From assembly GCA_000004985.1 (NCBI GenBank), contig GG738924.1: DNA of 64,000 bases. One strand, given 5' to 3'. Origin of the DNA: Naegleria gruberi. Taxonomy: Eukaryota. Shown in pieces: positions 60,362 through 64,000 of this stretch; the stretch's first letter is position 1; the number at the start of each line of letters is the position of its first letter. The position numbers were made by a program, and so were the translations under genes. The notes below the pieces were generated by a model that was not told where the DNA came from, ran no database searches, and saw only the letters and a list, made by a program, of their open reading frames with translations.

Positions 60362-60997
60362 ATGAAACAACAACTTTTCACTATTCTCCTTCTTCTCATC
60401 TCCCTCCTCTCCTTCACATTAGCACACGACGGTCACAAATCATTGGTTTTCGATTGGGTCATGATGTCAAACGAATCTGTCACAACTGTCAGTGCTCTTG
60501 ATTTACTCAACAATGAAGAAGCCATTGAAATTAGAGTTCCAAGAGTACCAATCGGTGGTGATAACTCCAAGAGAGCATTCCTTAAATTTTCACAAATTGC
60601 CACTCAACCATACTTTTTGACTTTTGACACTTCCTCGCTCAATACCAGTTGTCTAATTGTCAAGAGTAGAATTGGCGCCAAACCAAGAACTGATCGACCA
60701 AGCACTTCCTACAAATATCCAACTGAACTCACTCAATTTGACATTTTGGATGGTGGTTGCGATTTCTATATCGAGTTTCGTCCAGATTTTTATAATCCTT
60801 CAACTGAAAATGCTTCATGTATTGCTAAATTTGAGATTATTCAATCATTGTGTGAAAATAGTGCATGTAAAAGTCAAAATGGAACATGTGCTGATGAATT
60901 GGCATATGAAGCTAGAATGAATGACATGTCAGTAATCAAGACATCATGGGTTTTGATTTGTTTGTTATTTGCACTGGTTGCAATTATTTTTAATTAA
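60362..60997 (+). CDS. Hypothetical cell-surface protein (signal peptide plus C-terminal hydrophobic GPI-anchor-like tail)
   Basis: MKQQLFTILLLLISLLSFTLAHDG is a signal-peptide-like start. Cys-rich region. C-terminal SWVLICLLFALVAIIFN. Ends in TAA. Confidence 0.45.
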   Translation: MKQQLFTILLLLISLLSFTLAHDGHKSLVFDWVMMSNESVTTVSALDLLNNEEAIEIRVPRVPIGGDNSKRAFLKFSQIATQPYFLTFDTSSLNTSCLIVKSRIGAKPRTDRPSTSYKYPTELTQFDILDGGCDFYIEFRPDFYNPSTENASCIAKFEIIQSLCENSACKSQNGTCADELAYEARMNDMSVIKTSWVLICLLFALVAIIFN

Positions 60998-61072
60998 AAA
61001 GTGGAATTTTTTTGATTATTATTTTTTAATATTCAGCGGAGTGTCACCTGCCAAAAACTCCCATCAAAAAAA

Positions 61073-62137
61073 ATGACAAGACACATTGTTTGTTGTCTCT
61101 TAATTTTGACATTGTCATCATTTATTCTGTGTGGTAAACCTTCCCTACCAACAAGTGTCACTGATTCTCTTCAACCATGTTCACATTCTTCCAAAAATGG
61201 TGATTTCTGCACTTTACCACTTTTATCAGCAAATCCAACACAAATTCCAGTTGGTTTGGGTGAAATTTACTGTAAAATTCAAAAATTAGAAAATGAATAT
61301 TCCTCCGAAAAGAAATTAATTGAAAAATATTTATATAAAAATCCAGTGCCAGTTGTCAAGGGACCTTTGACAGATGGCAGTGGATTGGGATTATATGTGG
61401 TAGATCATCATCATTTGATTGTTTCCATGTATTCAGCTAGTTTTGATAAGACTGATTTTCCAACTTTTCATTCTGCCAAAAATAGATATGTCATTGCTCA
61501 AGTTGTCAATGACGTTTCTAATAATTTTACATCTGCTAATGAAGCTTTTTGGAATAGTATGTTTGGTAAGGGATATGCCTATCCAAAGGATGAATATGGT
61601 AAAAATTTGACAACTGGCATGTTTATTCAACAATTGCCACGTGACATTTTGTCAATGAGAAATGATCCTTACAGAGCTCTCTCATATTATGACAGATCTT
61701 ATGGTGGATATGGAAAAACTGACACTTCCATCTATTTTGTTGATTTTGTTTGGGGAAATTTCTTGAGAGAATTTGGTGGACCTGACATGTCAGCTCATTT
61801 ACAACCATTTATTGGAATTCAAGTTAAAAATGCACCTGTCACCAAGTCATCAGTCACTCCAAGTGGTGCCAAGACCAATTCCTATACCATGAAGGAAGAA
61901 TTCAAAGTTCAAAAGTCATTAATTGGAGCTGCAGTTGCAATCTCAAAATCTTCAGCTGCCAAAGGATTGCCAGGTTACATGCAAGGAACAGTTGATCCTC
62001 CATATTGTTTGGCAAGTTATCAAGTTGTTTCTTCATCAACAACTAGTGGTGGTAGTAGTACTGGAGATGCAAGTGAGAAGAAGAAGAAGATTATTTTATT
62101 GTCTGATAATTTGGAAGATGAGGAATATGATGAATAA
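61073..62137 (+). CDS. Hypothetical secreted protein with an acidic C-terminal tail
   Basis: N-terminal MTRHIVCCLLILTLSSFILCG is signal-peptide-like. A VVDHHHLIV motif is faintly ParB/sulfiredoxin-like (unverified). Ends ...LEDEEYDE then TAA. Confidence 0.45.
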   Translation: MTRHIVCCLLILTLSSFILCGKPSLPTSVTDSLQPCSHSSKNGDFCTLPLLSANPTQIPVGLGEIYCKIQKLENEYSSEKKLIEKYLYKNPVPVVKGPLTDGSGLGLYVVDHHHLIVSMYSASFDKTDFPTFHSAKNRYVIAQVVNDVSNNFTSANEAFWNSMFGKGYAYPKDEYGKNLTTGMFIQQLPRDILSMRNDPYRALSYYDRSYGGYGKTDTSIYFVDFVWGNFLREFGGPDMSAHLQPFIGIQVKNAPVTKSSVTPSGAKTNSYTMKEEFKVQKSLIGAAVAISKSSAAKGLPGYMQGTVDPPYCLASYQVVSSSTTSGGSSTGDASEKKKKIILLSDNLEDEEYDE

Positions 62138-62240
62138 ATTTTTTGATTCTGAGTTATTTGAAAACAAGAATATGAATTCATATGAATTATGAATTGGAAT
62201 TGTTTGGTATTTAAATTGGAATTAAGGTTAAGGTTGTTAA

Positions 62241-63755
62241 CTAGTTAAATTCTTGATAATCAAAATTCAACTTGGAAAATGTGGGATTTTTAAAGAAAGC
62301 TTCTTCACCTTCTTCAGAGGTAACTTGTCGCATTCCATACCATTGAAACAATCTCAAATTGATTAGAGTTTTACAATTCAAAATAAGTTCTGTAGTCAAT
62401 AGTTCTTCAGTATTCCTAAAGTCAGTTGGATAAGAATGTAATTCCTCCAATTTAGTAAAATTTGGACTTGTGAATAGTATTTCAAATATCTCATCCCAGC
62501 ATGAAATGTCTAATCGTTTCAAATTGGATAAATTTGGTGAACTTATTAGGTCAATTAAGGCATTGCTTGATTTCTTCTCTATTGAAGGTATTATGATTGT
62601 TAGTTTTAAAAGATTTGTGCAATAATTGGCCAATGAAGGAAATGATGCAATATTGGAAAAATTCAAATCTGTGAGTGATGATCTCGTGTGAATATCTGTA
62701 GGTAGTTCAATAATTGAATTGTCTGTGCTTGAACAGCTTGCATGAAGAGTGGCAAGTTTAGGCAAATTTGGAGAAACTAACAAATCACCTAATTCCCTAT
62801 TAGAAATAGAGCAGTGAGCAATATCTAGGAAAGTAAGATTCATAAAGCTGCCATCTGTCAGTAATTTTGGATAATTTGTCAGATTGAAACGTCTAATTTC
62901 CAAACGTTCCAAATCATTCTTATCTTTCAAACACAAATCAAGTCCATAATTTCCAGTTTCCATTTTGAGTGATTTCAAATTTAAATGTGAAAGATTCTTT
63001 AAATATTTTGAATTTGAAAGAATTTCAATAAATTCTTTTGACATTTCATGTTGAATCTCCAATTTCTTGATATTTGACAGTAATGAACTGCTATGAAACA
63101 GTTCCTTTGCCTCAATTTCTGTAAAATTACTAGCATTATTCAACTTGAGTTCTGTTAAATTTGGCATTTGACATTTCGCCAAATATTTAACAGCTGTTTT
63201 CCCCAACCGTGAGTAATTCAAATCCAAAGTTTTCAAATTCTGCAATTTTTTACAACTAGAAAGTGATTTAAACATGTCAGAAGTTGGATGTTGCATTCTC
63301 AATGATGTTACATTTGTAATTAGTGAACTCTTTACCAATTGACCAATCATTGTTTTTGACTTGTCAACTTTTACAGTGAAATTTACTCGATTTAGAGTTT
63401 GTTTCCATGATTTACAAACTAATTGACAGCAATGAACAAGGTTTTTCAAATCTAAAAATTGGTAAATATGAAACAAGTTATCCGAATTTAATTGTTCGGA
63501 CGAAACCTTTCGTCTATGAATATCGACTTGTTTTAAAAATTCGTGTATATTTTCAATAAATTCATCGATCATACCGCTGTTGTTCACAAAGTAACGATTA
63601 TCAACCAATTTAACTTTGCTTGCCAATGAAATTAATTGACTATTGACAGATGTCATCTCATCAAACAGAACCGACTCGATATCAGTCACCATTTTCTCAT
63701 CACCATCTTGATCGATATTTTGTGATGTTTCGTGTTTTCTCTTCTTGTTTGTCAT
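62241..63755 (-). CDS. F-box / leucine-rich-repeat protein (504 aa)
   Basis: LFHIYQFLDLKNLVHCCQLVCKSWKQTLN is an F-box. About 12 LxxLxLxxC/N LRRs follow. Ends in TAA. Confidence 0.65.
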   Translation of the reverse strand: MTNKKRKHETSQNIDQDGDEKMVTDIESVLFDEMTSVNSQLISLASKVKLVDNRYFVNNSGMIDEFIENIHEFLKQVDIHRRKVSSEQLNSDNLFHIYQFLDLKNLVHCCQLVCKSWKQTLNRVNFTVKVDKSKTMIGQLVKSSLITNVTSLRMQHPTSDMFKSLSSCKKLQNLKTLDLNYSRLGKTAVKYLAKCQMPNLTELKLNNASNFTEIEAKELFHSSSLLSNIKKLEIQHEMSKEFIEILSNSKYLKNLSHLNLKSLKMETGNYGLDLCLKDKNDLERLEIRRFNLTNYPKLLTDGSFMNLTFLDIAHCSISNRELGDLLVSPNLPKLATLHASCSSTDNSIIELPTDIHTRSSLTDLNFSNIASFPSLANYCTNLLKLTIIIPSIEKKSSNALIDLISSPNLSNLKRLDISCWDEIFEILFTSPNFTKLEELHSYPTDFRNTEELLTTELILNCKTLINLRLFQWYGMRQVTSEEGEEAFFKNPTFSKLNFDYQEFN

Positions 63756-63862
63756 TTTTTTTTAAATTGTAAATATTTTTTCAAGTTTTTACAATTTTAT
63801 TTAAATATTTAACAAAAGAAATGCACTAAATTACAAAAGCACAAAAGTAGAGATGCATAAAT

Positions 63863-64000
63863 TTACAAATCTTCATCATCTTCCTCATCGTCATCATCAA
63901 ATTCTTCATCACTGGCATCATTATCAGTTGTTCCAGTCATTGTAAAGTTTTCCATATCCGCATCGAACAATGTTAACATGGCATCTTCTTCCTCCAAGAT
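63863..64000 (-). CDS. 3' end of a gene running off the window end; acidic C-terminal tail
   Basis: The minus strand reads ...ILEEEDAMLTLFDADMENFTMTGTTDNDASDEEFDDDDEEDDEDL and then TAA at 63863-63865. Confidence 0.35.
   Translation of the reverse strand: MLEEEDAMLTLFDADMENFTMTGTTDNDASDEEFDDDDEEDDEDL

Noticed and set aside
1-64000. Ciliate-type nuclear code (TAA/TAG = Gln) suggested by the AT-rich sequence and the in-frame TAG in the RGS gene
   Set aside because: 14 of 18 confident terminators in the window are TAA, placed where homologous proteins end (RPB2, PMCA, PARG, TRAPPC3). TAA is therefore a genuine stop. Only TAG remains ambiguous.
1-64000. Giant-virus (mimivirus-like) origin, suggested by AT-richness, dense ORFs on both strands, many F-box/LRR/WD40 proteins and an RNA polymerase subunit
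   Set aside because: There are numerous spliceosomal GTAAGT...AG introns with phase-consistent exon joins. A eukaryotic Pol III tRNA has a T-tract terminator. RPB2 is a full eukaryote-type single exon with no intein or group I intron. Housekeeping genes (Bet3, ARL8, nucleoporin) are atypical of viruses.
1-64000. Assigning the window to Dictyostelium discoideum specifically
   Set aside because: Intergenic DNA is only moderately AT-rich and lacks long homopolymer runs. Leucine is frequently TTG. Introns are shorter (40-52 nt) than I would expect for that species. I left the lineage open as an amoeboid-protist-like eukaryote.

Overview
This window is nuclear DNA from an AT-rich, gene-dense unicellular eukaryote. 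It is not prokaryotic and not viral, and it contains no rRNA and no CRISPR array.

General properties seen in the sequence:
- About 33 protein-coding genes lie on both strands, roughly one per 2 kb.
- The genetic code is standard. Of 18 confident terminators, 14 are TAA and 4 are TGA; TAG is never clearly used as a terminator.
- Several ATG starts are preceded by A-runs. Codon third positions are A/T-rich but with a yeast-like set of favoured codons (ttg, aga, ggt, cca, aag).
- One Pol III-type tRNA-Ala(UGC) is present (G3:U70, no encoded CCA, TTTT immediately downstream).
- At least 15 very short spliceosomal introns occur, mostly 40-52 nt (range up to about 130 nt), almost always GTAAGT...AG. 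Many put a stop codon inside the intron, so the ORF track splits single genes into two or three adjacent ORFs.

Confidently recognised genes:
- RNA polymerase II second-largest subunit (RPB2)
- PMCA-type Ca2+-ATPase
- poly(ADP-ribose) glycohydrolase (PARG)
- CSB/ERCC6-type SNF2 ATPase
- diaphanous-type formin (GBD/FH3-FH1-FH2)
- ARL8 GTPase
- TRAPP subunit Bet3
- FG-nucleoporin with a Ran-binding domain
- DUF676 lipase-like protein
- GNAT N-acetyltransferase
- DUF1445 (D-glutamate-cyclase-like) protein
- a divergent P450-fold protein
- a SAP-SWIM-RING E3 ligase
- seven F-box proteins (LRR, WD40 or other)

Most unusual items:
- A multidomain RGS-START-BLUF protein. Its photoactive Gln is replaced by Thr, and its RGS domain is cut by an in-frame TAG.
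- A 768-bp MITE-like element with 14-bp perfect TIRs and 8-bp flanking direct repeats.
- A large protein carrying a Pol-beta nucleotidyltransferase signature.
- A secreted Lys/Cys-rich repeat protein.

Lineage cannot be fixed from the sequence. The protein repertoire (BLUF, PARG, many F-box/LRR proteins, S/T/N/H low-complexity tracts) is reminiscent of free-living amoeboid protists such as heteroloboseans or amoebozoans. That is inference only.
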